Part shown: positions 47,792-58,932 of the stretch, in pieces
Layout: each line of letters begins with the position of its first letter
Position numbering within the stretch: position 1 is the stretch's first letter
Source: Vicinamibacteria bacterium
GTDB taxonomy: Bacteria; Acidobacteriota; Vicinamibacteria; Marinacidobacterales; Marinacidobacteraceae
Direction of reading: 5' to 3'
NCBI GenBank assembly: GCA_963668695.2
Contig: CAXXLQ010000004.1
Coordinates: 3,392,001-3,456,000 of the forward strand
Length of the DNA: 64,000 bases
Notes under the pieces: model-generated
Database searches by the model: none
What the model saw: the letters and a program-made list of their open reading frames with translations, nothing else
What the model was told of the DNA's origin: nothing
Program-made: the position numbers and the translations under genes

Positions 47792-49803
47792 GGTTCACCT
47801 TCTCCTGTGCGGTGGCCGCCGTGTTGGCCGCGCTCGGATTCTTCGCCACCTCCGCGGGCGCCCCGCCGAGTGCGGCAGCCGCGGCGCAGGTGGAACAGCC
47901 GGCGCGGCCGCCGCTGTCCGAGCAGCCGGCGATGATGGTCGGGTCCGGTCAGTGCGTGCTCTGTCATGAACAGTCGCATGAGGACTGGATCTCCTCCCGC
48001 CACTCGAAGATGGTGCAGCCGGCCCGCCCTGGCCAGGTACGGGGCGACTTCTCTCAGGAGCGACTCACCCTCCGCGGCGAGGACTACCGGATCCGGAGGG
48101 TCGGGTCCAAGTACTTCATCACCGAGCCCTTCTTCACCGGCGAGCCGGTGGAGCACCAGGTGGACTACACCCTGGGTAACCGGCGCATCCAGCACTACCT
48201 GACGACGCTTGAGGACGGCCGGGTCATCGTGCTGCCCCCGACGTGGGACGTGCTCCGGCGCGAGTGGTTCCATAACCTCGAGATCGCAGCCCCGGACCAG
48301 CGCGAGGGCGTCATCCCGGTGCAGCTCTGGAACAAGAACTGCTTCGGCTGCCACGTCAGCGACCAGGTAAAGGGCTTTCGCCCGGGCGAAAACCGCTATG
48401 ACACCACCTGGCTGGACTTCGGCACCACCTGCGAGCGCTGCCACGGACCGGGCAGCCGGCACGTGGACAAGTACACGAACCTCGACGTCTACGGCGACGA
48501 TCCCGAACTCCACATCGTGCTGCAGACCCGGCTGGACCATCAGACGAACTCGATGGTCTGCGCGCAGTGCCACTCCTTCCGCGACCAGATGGCCTTCGGA
48601 TTCGCGGCAGGGGACAACTACTTCGACTTCTTCTTCCCGCTGCTGGAGTACACCCAGGAACCCTCCGAGGACCCCACCTGGTATCCCGACGGGAAGACCC
48701 GGCGCTTTTCCACGAACGCGCTCGGGATCTGGCAGAGCGAATGCTTCGTCGAGGGCGGAGCGACGTGTACCGGGTGCCACCTCGATCCACACCGGCCGGA
48801 CATCGAGCGGAACGAACAGCTCCTCCCGACGAACAACAGCCTCTGCACCGGGTGCCACGAGGCCATCGGCGCCGACCTGACAGCGCACACCTTCCACCCG
48901 GCGGCGAGCGAGGGCAGCTCCTGTGTCGAGTGCCACATGCCGCGCAGCGTGACGAGCATCCGGGCCAAGATGCGCGACCACAGCATCTCGATCCCATCGT
49001 CGCGCAACACCGCCCGGTTCGGGGTCCCAAACGCCTGCAACGAGTGCCACGCCGCCGAGAGCCCCGAGTGGGCGACCGCCAGGATGGACGAGTGGTGGGG
49101 CGAAACGCCGCGCCGCCGGAAGATCGAACGGCGCGCCGAGGCGTACTCCGGGGCGCGCGAACTCAGCCGCGAGGCACTTGATCAGTTGCTCGCGATCTCC
49201 ACGGACGAAGGAGAGGGCCCGGTGAACCGGGCGAACGCCGCCGGTCATCTGGGCCGCTATCTGGCGGATCCGGAGACCCGCGATCCCGCCATTCAGGCGC
49301 TGCTCGCCGCCTCCGGGGATTCCCATCCCCTGGTGCGCGCGGTCGCGTCTCTGAAGCTCGGCGAAAGCGAAAACACCGGATCACTTGAGATCCGCGACGC
49401 CCTGGTGGCCCGCGTTCAGGACGAGCGCCGGTCGGTACGGATGAACGCCGCGATTTCACTCCTCAACCTCGGGATCCAGACGCTGCCGGACGAGGCGGAG
49501 AACAGCTTCGAGCTGGCGAAGCGCCTCCACGCGATCCGGGGCAACTTCTTCGCCGACGATGCTCCCCAGCAGCTCAACCTCGGGAGGCTTCACGTTCTCG
49601 ACGGGAATCCCGCGGCAGCCGGACGCGCGTTCGAGCAGAGCTACAACCTCGACCCCGAACAGCCGGGGGTCCGCTTCTTCATGGCGGTCACCCGTCTCTC
49701 CCAGCAGCGTTTCCCGGAAGCCCGCGAACTGCTGCGGGCGGTTCCCGCCGAAGATCCCTTCGCCCAGGAAGCCGCCAACCTGCTCCGCCAACTCGAACCC
49801 TGA
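47788..49803 (+). CDS. Secreted octaheme cytochrome c with HEAT/TPR C-terminus
   Basis: CVLCH, CFGCH, CERCH, CAQCH, CTGCH x2, CVECH, CNECH; signal peptide; HEAT-like and TPR helices; ATGA-coupled. Confidence 0.87.
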   Translation: MRFTFSCAVAAVLAALGFFATSAGAPPSAAAAAQVEQPARPPLSEQPAMMVGSGQCVLCHEQSHEDWISSRHSKMVQPARPGQVRGDFSQERLTLRGEDYRIRRVGSKYFITEPFFTGEPVEHQVDYTLGNRRIQHYLTTLEDGRVIVLPPTWDVLRREWFHNLEIAAPDQREGVIPVQLWNKNCFGCHVSDQVKGFRPGENRYDTTWLDFGTTCERCHGPGSRHVDKYTNLDVYGDDPELHIVLQTRLDHQTNSMVCAQCHSFRDQMAFGFAAGDNYFDFFFPLLEYTQEPSEDPTWYPDGKTRRFSTNALGIWQSECFVEGGATCTGCHLDPHRPDIERNEQLLPTNNSLCTGCHEAIGADLTAHTFHPAASEGSSCVECHMPRSVTSIRAKMRDHSISIPSSRNTARFGVPNACNECHAAESPEWATARMDEWWGETPRRRKIERRAEAYSGARELSREALDQLLAISTDEGEGPVNRANAAGHLGRYLADPETRDPAIQALLAASGDSHPLVRAVASLKLGESENTGSLEIRDALVARVQDERRSVRMNAAISLLNLGIQTLPDEAENSFELAKRLHAIRGNFFADDAPQQLNLGRLHVLDGNPAAAGRAFEQSYNLDPEQPGVRFFMAVTRLSQQRFPEARELLRAVPAEDPFAQEAANLLRQLEP

Positions 49804-49920
49804 GCGGCAGTTCGGAACAACCGCCCCGCGTCGGGGCGGCGAGGCCTCCGCGCTGTTCGCGACGTCGAGCTACGGGAACCGAGCGCGCGCAGCGGCGGAC
49901 CCGAATGCTCGCAGAGAGTT

Positions 49921-52900
49921 CTATTCAGGCCCCGAAACGGCGATCGTCAACCCGTTCGAGAGCCACTTGCCGTTCGCCGTGCAGATGGCGCCCGAGGCAT
50001 CGCAGGCGCGGCCCGCCGGCAACACCAGTTCCACATCGGCGTCCGACTCCGGTTGCACATGGATATACCAACTCAGGTTCGACGGCGGCGACTGGCGCCC
50101 CGCGTTCGTTACCCGGCCCCCGGTCACCTGGAAGGCCGAGTCCCTCACCGTCACGTAACTCAGGGACACCTCTTCGCTGAAGTGAAGCTCGAAAATGAAG
50201 ACGCTGCTCCCGTCGTGCCCCGCCGGCACGCCCTCGACCCGGGCCGTGAGCGGCGTCGCCGGAGGCCCCTGAACGGTGATCGTCAGCCCACTCGAGAGCC
50301 GCGTGCCGTTCGCCGTGCAGATGGCGCCCGAGGCATCGCAGGCGCGGCCCGCCGGCAACACCAGTTCCACATCGGCGCCCGCATCCGGTTGCACATGGAT
50401 ATACCAACTCAGGTTCGACGGCGGCGACTGGCGCCCCGCGTTCGTTACCCGGCCCCCGGTCACCTCGAAGGCCGAGTCCCTCACCGTGACGTAACTCAGG
50501 GACACCTCTTCGCTGAAGTGAAGCTCGAAAATGAAGATGCTGCTCCCGTCGTGCCTCGCCGGCACTCCCTCGATCCACGCGGTGAGCGGCGTCGACCCCC
50601 GGACCGTGACCGCCACCTCGTCTTCGGCATACAACCCGGCCGCGTCCGTCACCCGCAGCGTGAACCGCAACGTCTCGTCCTGCGACAGATTCGCGGGCGC
50701 CGTGAAGCTCGTCGCCGCCGCCGACGCCGCCGAAAGGGTCACCGTCGTACCACCGGTCTGCGTCCATCCATACGTCAGGGTGTCGTCCGCGTCGGGATCC
50801 GTGCCAGTGCCGCTCAGAGCCACCGTCGCGCCGCCTTCGACGTCCTCCTGATCGGCGCCCGCGTCCGCCACCGGCGCCTCGTTCCGGGACCCCCGGACCG
50901 TGACCGCCACCTCGTCTTCGGCATACAACCCGGCCGCGTCCGTCACCCGCAGCGCGAACCGCAACGTCTCGTCCTGCGACAGATTCGCGGGCGCCGTGAA
51001 GCTCGTCGCCGCCGCCGCCGACGACGAAAGGGTCACCGTCGTACCACCGGTCTGCGTCCATCCATACGTCAGGGTGTCGTCCGCGTCGGGATCCGTGCCG
51101 GTGCCGCTCAGGGCCACCGTCGCGCCGCCTTCGACGTCCTCCTGATCGGCGGCCGCGTCCGTCACCGGCGCCTCGTTCCGGTTCGACAGCGTCACGCTGA
51201 TGTCCGCCGATGCGCTCCGCGCGCCGTCGCTTACCTGGACGGAAACCTCGTACGTTCCATCCCCGTTTGCATCATCCGGCGACTCGAAGTCCTTCGGCGC
51301 GCCGAAGACCAACGCACCCTCCGCGGTCATTTCAAAATGTGCGCCGTCCGGGCTGGTCCCGGAAGGGAGTGACCAGGACAACTCGGCGGTCGCCGCCTCC
51401 TCGCTCACGCTGAGCGTTGCCACGGCCGTCTCCCCCTCTTGTACCGAGAAGGGACCCGGGGTAATCTCCCAGCCGGCTCCCCGGAGCGTTGCACAGACCC
51501 GCGGCAGCATGGTCCACAAGTGCCCTTCGCCGAATCTCGCGGTAAAGGCGCCTTCTCCGTAGTAGGGCTGAGCGGCGGCGATGGCGGCAAGGGAGGCCCG
51601 GCCTCCATAGCCGAAGTGCAGGCGGTACAACTGGATCAACTCATCCTCCGCCGTCGCCTCCCCCACCGGGTACACCAGGTGGTCCTCCGCCCTGCGGGCA
51701 CCCCCCCTCTCGCCGTCCCGAAGATCCGCGTTGGAGACGCTGCGATACAGCCGCCTGACGGCCGCATGGGTCTCCCAGAGATCATGGACAATGAGGAAGA
51801 CGAGGATTTCTCCAAAATGCGCATCCTGGTAGTTGTAATTCGGGTAGGTGGCACCGCTGAGCCAGGATCCCACCGCGCTGCCGACCGACCGCAACTCGTT
51901 GGCGAAGACACCGATCGTATGGTCGTGGGCATCCATGAAACTCCTCTGAGCATCTCCGCCTGCATCACTTGAGCACACGGTGTTCTCGGCGAATTCGGCG
52001 TAGTCCTCTCGCGCCTTCAATCGCTCGAACAGCACCTCCGCGTGGCGCAGCGCCAGCACCAGGCTGGCTTCCTCTACCGGCCCCGTGTAGGGGTGGGCCG
52101 GGGAGCTTTCCTCGAAGTACCTCTTGTAGCCGTAGTAGAAAACCGAGGCCGAGAAGTCGAGCGGGGTGATCCTCGGGTTGTTCGAATAGGCGGCCCGGTA
52201 GTTGTTCTCCGCGTTGGCGAGCAGTTCGTCCGGCTCATAGGATCCCTCGGTCCCGCCCCACCTGAAGTAGCCGCCCCAGAGCGGTTTGCTCAGGGAGCCA
52301 TGGCAGGACTGGCATACCGCCGGCTGCGCAATCTCCGGGGTGGGGTTCGAAAAATCGATTTCACCGGCAATCCACGTCCGGTCGTCCGCCTGCTGCAGGA
52401 ACTCGACGGACTCTCCAAAGGGATGCGGCGTATCCGGATTCGTGGGCCACGAAAAGACGAACCTGCCGTCCGCACCCCAGGCGATGATCCTGGGATGCTC
52501 TTCGGTGATGGCTTCCGGAGCCAACGCCTCCGATCGGTACACCATGACGAAACGTTCCTGGTGCAGGGCGGGGAGGGCGTTGATGAACTCCTCTACGCTG
52601 GTGATGGAGTGCCGATCCAGGAAGCGCAGGAGCCGCGCGTGCGGTCCGGAATTGTCCGGCGGGTCGCCGCTCGCCTGGAAGCCGTCCAATCGCGACAGCT
52701 CGTCGAACAGGCCTTCGGGAAGCGACGTAAAGCGGTTGTCATCAAGGCTCAAATCTTCGAGGAGGAACAGTTGATCGAAGATGCCCACCGGGAGTCCTTC
52801 CAGCAGGTTTCCGTCCAGACGAAGGATCTCCAGCAGGTACAGTTCATCGAATACTCCCCGCGGAAGCGAAGTAAGCAGGTTGTGGGACAGATCGAGAGAC

Positions 52901-53142
52901 TTGAGGCGAACGAGACCGTCGAAGTCATCCGCGCGCAGGGTCGCGATGTCCTGATCGCCGAGATCCAATGCGGTGATCTCCCGCATGTCGCGCACGGTGA
53001 GTTGCGCGCAGTTGTCGCCGCCGCTCGCCGCCACGATCGCATCCCGTACCTGAACCGTGCGGTCGCACACGTTGACGCTCTGGGCCGCCGCCTCGCGCGC
53101 CGCGGGTCCCCAAAGAAGACCCGCGCCCAACCCCACCCACAT
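49921..53142 (-). CDS. Large surface protein: LRR, CxxCH domain, cadherin, 2x PKD/REJ-like, 2x C-terminal Ig-like repeats
   Basis: LxxLxLxxNxLxxLP repeats; CQSCH; KDFESPDDANGDGTYEVSVQVSDG; near-identical 294-bp and 336-bp tandem duplications. Start uncertain (53142 to 53268). Confidence 0.85.
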   Translation of the reverse strand: MWVGLGAGLLWGPAAREAAAQSVNVCDRTVQVRDAIVAASGGDNCAQLTVRDMREITALDLGDQDIATLRADDFDGLVRLKSLDLSHNLLTSLPRGVFDELYLLEILRLDGNLLEGLPVGIFDQLFLLEDLSLDDNRFTSLPEGLFDELSRLDGFQASGDPPDNSGPHARLLRFLDRHSITSVEEFINALPALHQERFVMVYRSEALAPEAITEEHPRIIAWGADGRFVFSWPTNPDTPHPFGESVEFLQQADDRTWIAGEIDFSNPTPEIAQPAVCQSCHGSLSKPLWGGYFRWGGTEGSYEPDELLANAENNYRAAYSNNPRITPLDFSASVFYYGYKRYFEESSPAHPYTGPVEEASLVLALRHAEVLFERLKAREDYAEFAENTVCSSDAGGDAQRSFMDAHDHTIGVFANELRSVGSAVGSWLSGATYPNYNYQDAHFGEILVFLIVHDLWETHAAVRRLYRSVSNADLRDGERGGARRAEDHLVYPVGEATAEDELIQLYRLHFGYGGRASLAAIAAAQPYYGEGAFTARFGEGHLWTMLPRVCATLRGAGWEITPGPFSVQEGETAVATLSVSEEAATAELSWSLPSGTSPDGAHFEMTAEGALVFGAPKDFESPDDANGDGTYEVSVQVSDGARSASADISVTLSNRNEAPVTDAAADQEDVEGGATVALSGTGTDPDADDTLTYGWTQTGGTTVTLSSSAAAATSFTAPANLSQDETLRFALRVTDAAGLYAEDEVAVTVRGSRNEAPVADAGADQEDVEGGATVALSGTGTDPDADDTLTYGWTQTGGTTVTLSAASAAATSFTAPANLSQDETLRFTLRVTDAAGLYAEDEVAVTVRGSTPLTAWIEGVPARHDGSSIFIFELHFSEEVSLSYVTVRDSAFEVTGGRVTNAGRQSPPSNLSWYIHVQPDAGADVELVLPAGRACDASGAICTANGTRLSSGLTITVQGPPATPLTARVEGVPAGHDGSSVFIFELHFSEEVSLSYVTVRDSAFQVTGGRVTNAGRQSPPSNLSWYIHVQPESDADVELVLPAGRACDASGAICTANGKWLSNGLTIAVSGPE

Positions 53143-53561
53143 GGGGACTGCCGGCAAGGCCTTCGAGAGCCCTTCAAACCAGCTTGAAAGGCCAGGGTAA
53201 CAACTTGCGAGTGACAGTTGTAACGTCGTGATTTTTGGCGTCTTGCACTTCGCATACCCATATCGCATGAGGTACTAGTAGTCGTAACCGGCATCTCGCG
53301 CAACTCAAATCCCGTCTTGGGATACACGGATCACGGAAGTCGGAGCTGGGGACGGCCGCAGTGGAAAGCGTTCCGCGCTTCTCGGTCCACGGGTTCGGGA
53401 ACATTTCCGGGAGGCGGACCGGCAATCTTCGGCCACCGGTCCAGGGTGCCAGACGGACCGAGACCCCGCCCGGAAGACGTCAGGAAGACGTCAGGACCTC
53501 ACCCCCAAGCGGCTCGAGCCGCCGAGAAAGCGAGGATCCAACCGCCGCGCGCGCGTCCGGC

Positions 53562-56500
53562 CTATCGCTCGCTCCCGTCGGGAGCGACGGGGCGTATCTC
53601 GGACAGCAAGTGGCCGCGCACCACGACGCCGTACGAGGGGCCGTGAAACACGTACCGGCTCCGGTCGGCCTGCAGGCTCAGCATCCAGCGCGAGCCGACC
53701 TTCATCCGGCTGCCGAGGCGGAAGCTCTTCGTACCTGATGGCGAATAGACGAACCCACCGAACGGAATCACCATCGCGCCGCCCCTCAGGGTTTCGAAGC
53801 CGTACCCGATTTCCGCCTCGTGGCGGCCCCGGACCGCGCCCGGGAAATAGTCCCCGGCCCCGGTATCGGACCAGAGGCGCTGGACGGTGCTCGCGGCCGC
53901 GCCGTGCGCGGAGTTCACCTGGACGGCCAATCCCAGGTAATCGGGCCCCGGGTCGAGGCGAACGGACCCGCCGATCCCCCACTCCCGATAGCGGTCGTCC
54001 TGGTGGGACACCAGGGAACGGCCCGTCACCTCCATGAACAACCCGCGGTCGCGGTTGCGGTACCGGAGCCCGGACGCAACTTCGAGACCCCGTCCGGATT
54101 CGGCGTCGCCTTCGTCCTGGCGGAAGCCCGCCTCGACCAGTGGGGAGAAGTCTCCGCCCCAGATGGAGGCGAGCCGGAAGGAACCTTCCACCATCAGCCG
54201 CGTTCTCTGGGCTTCGGCGATGGAACCCCGGCGGACGTCCGTCGGGTCGGACTCCAGTTCGACCCAGAAGATGTCGGACTTCACCGCCAGACCGAGCCCC
54301 GGAAGGAGAACCGGTAGATCGCCGCGCCCCCCGAAGGCCCACATCCGCATGTGCAGGTCCGTATCCTGTTCGCTCCCCGAGATGCGGAGCGTGCCCGAGC
54401 CGATGCCTCCGAGGCCCCAGACCCGGAGCCACTCGGCCAGCGAAACGTGCAGGTAGGGATGGGCGCTGCCCAAAACGCTCCAGATCTTCCCCATCCGCTC
54501 CGACTGGACCTCCGTGCCGGCAACGTGGAAGTCGCCGGTCCCCACACTTCCGGCAAGTGCGAGTCCGGCAGTCAGCGCACCGCTCTGGACATCGAATCCG
54601 GTCGTTACGTTGAACACCTCACCGCTCAGGCCCACTCCCGGATCGAGGCCGTCGAACTCCGTATACGAACCCCGGCCCCAGGCGGTCCAGCGTCCAGTGA
54701 AACCACCGTCTGGCGGTTGCTCTTCCTCGCTCTGGTACACGAACGACGCCCCGGAGAGGATCCGTCCCGCGTCGAACCCGAGGGACGCGTGTTCAGCGCT
54801 GCCGGGAGACGCCTCCATCCAATTGGGCATCCCCCGGCGGTAGCGCTCGGCACCGCCGAACGCGAGACTCGAGCGGAGGGGATCGGATCCCAGGAGGAAA
54901 TGGGAGCCCGGACCATCCATGTTCGCGAAGCGGTCTCCCACGGCATCCACGACCTGGCTCGCCACCGTGCGGCCGAAGCGGGAGACCCAGGCGTCGGCCA
55001 CGATGGCGTTGTCGTCGTCGTCGACGATCACGGCCGTCGCCTCGACGGCCGGCCAGGTGGGTTCGCGCGGATTCGTCAGGCTGAGCCGGAAGTCCTCGTC
55101 CACCTCGTCCATGGTGTCGTTCACGATCTTGATCGCGAGGGTGTCCCGGGTCTCACCGGGCTCGAAGGTCAGGGTTCCGGTCCGTCCGTCGTAGTCCGAA
55201 CCGGCCGTCGCCGTCCCGTCCACCGTCCGGTAGTCCCAGGTGATCCGCTTCGCGGAAATGGTGTCGAGCGTCACCACGAACTCCATGCCGCCGGACCGCT
55301 CGGCCACCGTGACGTCCGGCACCAGCGGCTGGGGCTCGGCGTCGTCGTCCTCGATCGTCCCGATGGCGAGGAGGTCTCCCGCCACCGCGTAGCGGGGCCG
55401 GCTCAGCACCATTTCGACGGTCTCGTGCTCCTCGTCAAGCGAGTCGTCGACGATCGTCACCCAGATCGTCTCCCCGGCGCTCCCCGGCGGGATCGTCAGC
55501 GTTCCCGACGCGGGCCGGTAGTCGGTGTCCGCCGTAGCGGATACTCCCCGCGTCGCGTAGTCCACGCTGACCGTCCGCCCGCTGTCGGAGGCCAGGAAGA
55601 CCAGGAAACCGAGGCGGCCGTCGCCCTCCGGAGCGCTGGCGTCACCGATCAGGAGCGCAGGTTCGTCGTCGTCGTCGTCGATCGTCCCGATCGCCGCGGT
55701 TCGGGCAAGTCCGGCTCCCTCCGCCTCGCTGAACTCGATGGCGAAGGTTTCGTCATGCTCGTCGAGCCGATCGGTCAGGAGAGCCACTTCGATCTTTCCC
55801 GACCGCGCGCCGGCCGGAATCGTCAGGGTGCCGCTGGACGCCGTGTAGTCGGCTCCGGCGGTCGCGGTGCGGTCCGCGGTCCTCCAGCGCACGCTCACGG
55901 CGCTGGTGCTGACACCGGACAGGTCCACCGTGAACACCATGCGGCCGGCGCCCTCGGCTGCGCGGGCATTGCGGGGCAGCAACTCCAGGCCGCCGCCGCC
56001 CGCGGAGCGGGTTCCGGCGGTGCCGCCGCCGCCGCCGCCGCCGCCGCCACCGCCGCCGCCACCGCCACCGCCGCCGCCACCGCCGCCACCGCCGCCACCA
56101 TCGCTGGCCGCGATGGTGATGGTCGCGGGATCCACGGGGAGCGCCGGACTTGATGTCTGATCGATCCCCTGAACCTCCAGGGTTTCGGCGGGTTCGGCAT
56201 CGGCGTCGTCCACTACGGTCAGAGTGAAGGTCGCGGCGCCGGACAGCGAGTTAGCGAAAATCGTCAGGGTCGTGACCCCCGACACGGTGTAGTCGTCGTC
56301 CACCTTCGCCGTCCGTTCCACGACCGACAGAGCCACCGTGGTCGGAGAGGTGAGGGCGGCGCCTCCGGTGAATGTCGCCGTGACCTCCACCGCCTGCGAT
56401 CCCGCGCTCTCGCTGAACTGCGAAGGCTGAACGGTGAGGTCGATTCCGGTCGGCGGACCGTCGTCGTCCACGATGGTGACCGTGAACGAAGCGGGAGAGA

Positions 56501-57797
56501 GCGGCAGACCGGAACTCGATGCCCTCACAATCACGGTCTCGTCGGGATCCTCGTCCATCGTGTCGTTCACGGGAGTAATGGTCACCCTCGCGGTAGCGCT
56601 CGTCTGCGACGCGCCGATGGTCAGGGAAGCCCCGGAAGCGGTGTAGTCCGCACTCGTCGCCGTCCCATTCTCCACCGAGAGGTTCACGGTCGTCGCCTGC
56701 CCAAGAAGCGGCGCGCCATTCAGCGTCGCCTTGACCGTTAACTGCTGTTGCCCGCCTCCCTCGCGGACGGAGTCCGGGTCGATGGACAGGTTGACCGCGG
56801 TCGATTCGCGGTCATTGTCCGTGACCCTCACCGTAACGAGGGTCGATCGCGACCCCGTTGTACCCGCCGCCGCTCGCGCTGTGGGTCAGGGTTACGGCGT
56901 CGTCCGGCATCGGCGTCCGGATCTTCGCCAGCCTCCACGGTCACCGGCTGCGGGACAGTCCAGTTCTCGGTCGTGAAGGTCAGGCTCCGCTTGTTGGCGG
57001 TGACGTCCCCCGACTGCCCCGAAACACTGATCATCACGGTCCCGGTCCGGCCGGCTGTTGAGCACCACGTCGTAAGTGTCGCTACCCCCCTCGTCCACGG
57101 TCAGCGCGGTGGGTGACACCCTCACCCCCGGGTCATTCGAGGACTCTCCCGATCTCTGATCGAAATCGCACAGTGGATTCCGTTGCCCTCCCCCCGGATC
57201 ATCGTCCAGGATACAGAGATGCGCAGGTTCCGGATCCCCGTCTGCGCACACGGTTGTGCCATCGCAGATATTCGGGTCCGTCAACTGGAACGATTCCACC
57301 GTGAACGTCTCATCCGGCTCCGCCGTCGCGTCATCCATCGTGTCCACGCCGCACTGGGCGCTGCCGCTCCCGGGCTCAAACACGTGGGTGGCGGAGTTAA
57401 CCGCCGTGTAGTCCTGACCGGCGGTGGCCGTCGCATCCCTGGTCCTCCAACCAATCGCCACGGACTCCTCGCAGTGGACGGACAAGGTCATGCTGAAGAG
57501 GTTCGGCCCCCGTCCGCCACCTTGTTCGGACCTGGACGACGGGGCGACATACACCCGGAGCGGATTGAAATCGAAGTAAACCCGGTCGTCGTCGTCCCAG
57601 TTGTCCGGGTTGCAGGCTCGCCGCTCGCTCACGTCCACCGGCCCAAGGGTGTCGCTCGCCAGGCACGCGCCGTGTGTGAATCTCGAGTCGTTTTGCGCCG
57701 CCGCCGGTGCGGCGAGCAGGGCGAGCCCGAGCGTCACCAAGGTCCCGGCGGCGAGGCCGGGCGGCGCCGGTCGACGGCCGCCCTTCACGATGCCCAT
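53562..57797 (-). pseudogene. Calx-beta repeat surface protein with autotransporter-like C-terminal barrel, three +1 frameshifts (about 1410 aa when corrected)
   Basis: Signal peptide; multiple TATAGxDY Calx-beta motifs; WVSRFGRTVASQVV and GFRQDEGDAESGRGLEV barrel motifs; extra bases near 57047, 56904 and 56841. May be an intact gene with sequencing errors. Confidence 0.8.
56022..56099. repeat. Trinucleotide microsatellite encoding 26 consecutive Gly
   Basis: (GCC/ACC)n on the + strand, in frame in the Calx-beta protein. Confidence 0.9.
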
Positions 57798-58141
57798 CTG
57801 TCCCCGCAATCACCGGTATCGCAGCCGATGGCCACGTGGAGCGCCGCGCAGACCTTCTCAAGCTCCTCGTCCCCAAGACGGCCGACGGCCTCGCCCAGCC
57901 GGAAGCGCGAAACGGTCATCACCGCGTCCATGTTCACTGCGCCCGGGGCTTCAAGCCCGAAATCCTTGCCAAGCGTCACTTCCGAGGGCAATCCCCGGAT
58001 GACGGTCGTGACCGGCGCGACCATGATGCCGCGCAGGAAGGGAATCGCTCCGTTCCGCGCCAGCACCACGACCAACCGTCCCGCGTCGCCCCCGTCGGCG
58101 GGGTAGGAGCGCACGTCGCCGCGGCGGATGCGCCGCATCAC
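57785..58141 (-). CDS. PemK/MazF family toxin
   Basis: IRRGDV, VVVLAR, MVAPVTTVIRGLPSEVTLG, VNMD, LEKVCAALHVA. Confidence 0.85.
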   Translation of the reverse strand: MMRRIRRGDVRSYPADGGDAGRLVVVLARNGAIPFLRGIMVAPVTTVIRGLPSEVTLGKDFGLEAPGAVNMDAVMTVSRFRLGEAVGRLGDEELEKVCAALHVAIGCDTGDCGDRWAS

Positions 58142-58389
58142 TTCCTGCCCTCGGGCGGCTCGGACGGCCAGTCACCGTCCTCTTCCCACTCCGCCCACTC
58201 GGGATCCGCACCGCCGTTGTCGCCGTAGGCCCGCGCGTACTGCTCGTCAATCCGGCGCTCCCGCTCGCGGCGGAGGTATTCACGCGCCAACTGGCGCAGC
58301 AGCGCCGAACGACCGATCGCTTTCACCTTGTCGTCGGCGTCCAGATCGTTGAGCAGGTCTTCCTCGAAGGTGATCTGTATGGCCTTCAT
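58138..58389 (-). CDS. Ribbon-helix-helix (CopG-like) antitoxin
   Basis: MKAIQITFEEDLLNDLD..GRSALLR..DEQYARAY; overlaps the toxin start. Confidence 0.85.
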   Translation of the reverse strand: MKAIQITFEEDLLNDLDADDKVKAIGRSALLRQLAREYLRRERERRIDEQYARAYGDNGGADPEWAEWEEDGDWPSEPPEGRK

Positions 58390-58932
58390 CCAGCCAACCT
58401 ATCACATCGATTATCCAGTGTTCAAGTGATACTTGAATCCATATCCGTGACCTATCTGCGCACCTGTCTGCGCAATGGATACAGAGAACGACACCGGGGA
58501 TCACCATGACACTCGGCCAGGGCCTTCCCGTGTCAAGAAGGACGGCGTCCGGCAACGCCCTCAGTGCGCAGTCCGGAGGCGGCTCGGTCGCGAGCGGACA
58601 GCGACGGGCTCACCCTGCGATCAACTTCGGTTCGTGGGATCCAGGGTCCCGGATCATCCCGGGCGACAGCAGACCGGAAGGTGATTCCGCGAAGCACCCC
58701 CACGCGACGGCTCCCGCCTTCATCTGGGGAAGAGTGTCCGCAGGTGTTTCACTTTCGACGCTCAACACAAATCTCACACCCGAAGGCACACGCTATGGCG
58801 CACATCCTCCGGCGAACGGGCCAGGTCCCAAGACGCACCAAAGGCCTGACCCCTGGTCGAGGACTCCCACCCCAGCAGAACAGGACACGGCGCCGGGGCC
58901 GGGCGGGTGGCTACCCGGCCGGCGCGCCTGCG

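Noticed and set aside
58390-58932. 540-bp intergenic region as an ncRNA or riboswitch
   Set aside because: No recognisable conserved RNA motif by eye; an Rfam/Infernal search would be needed.
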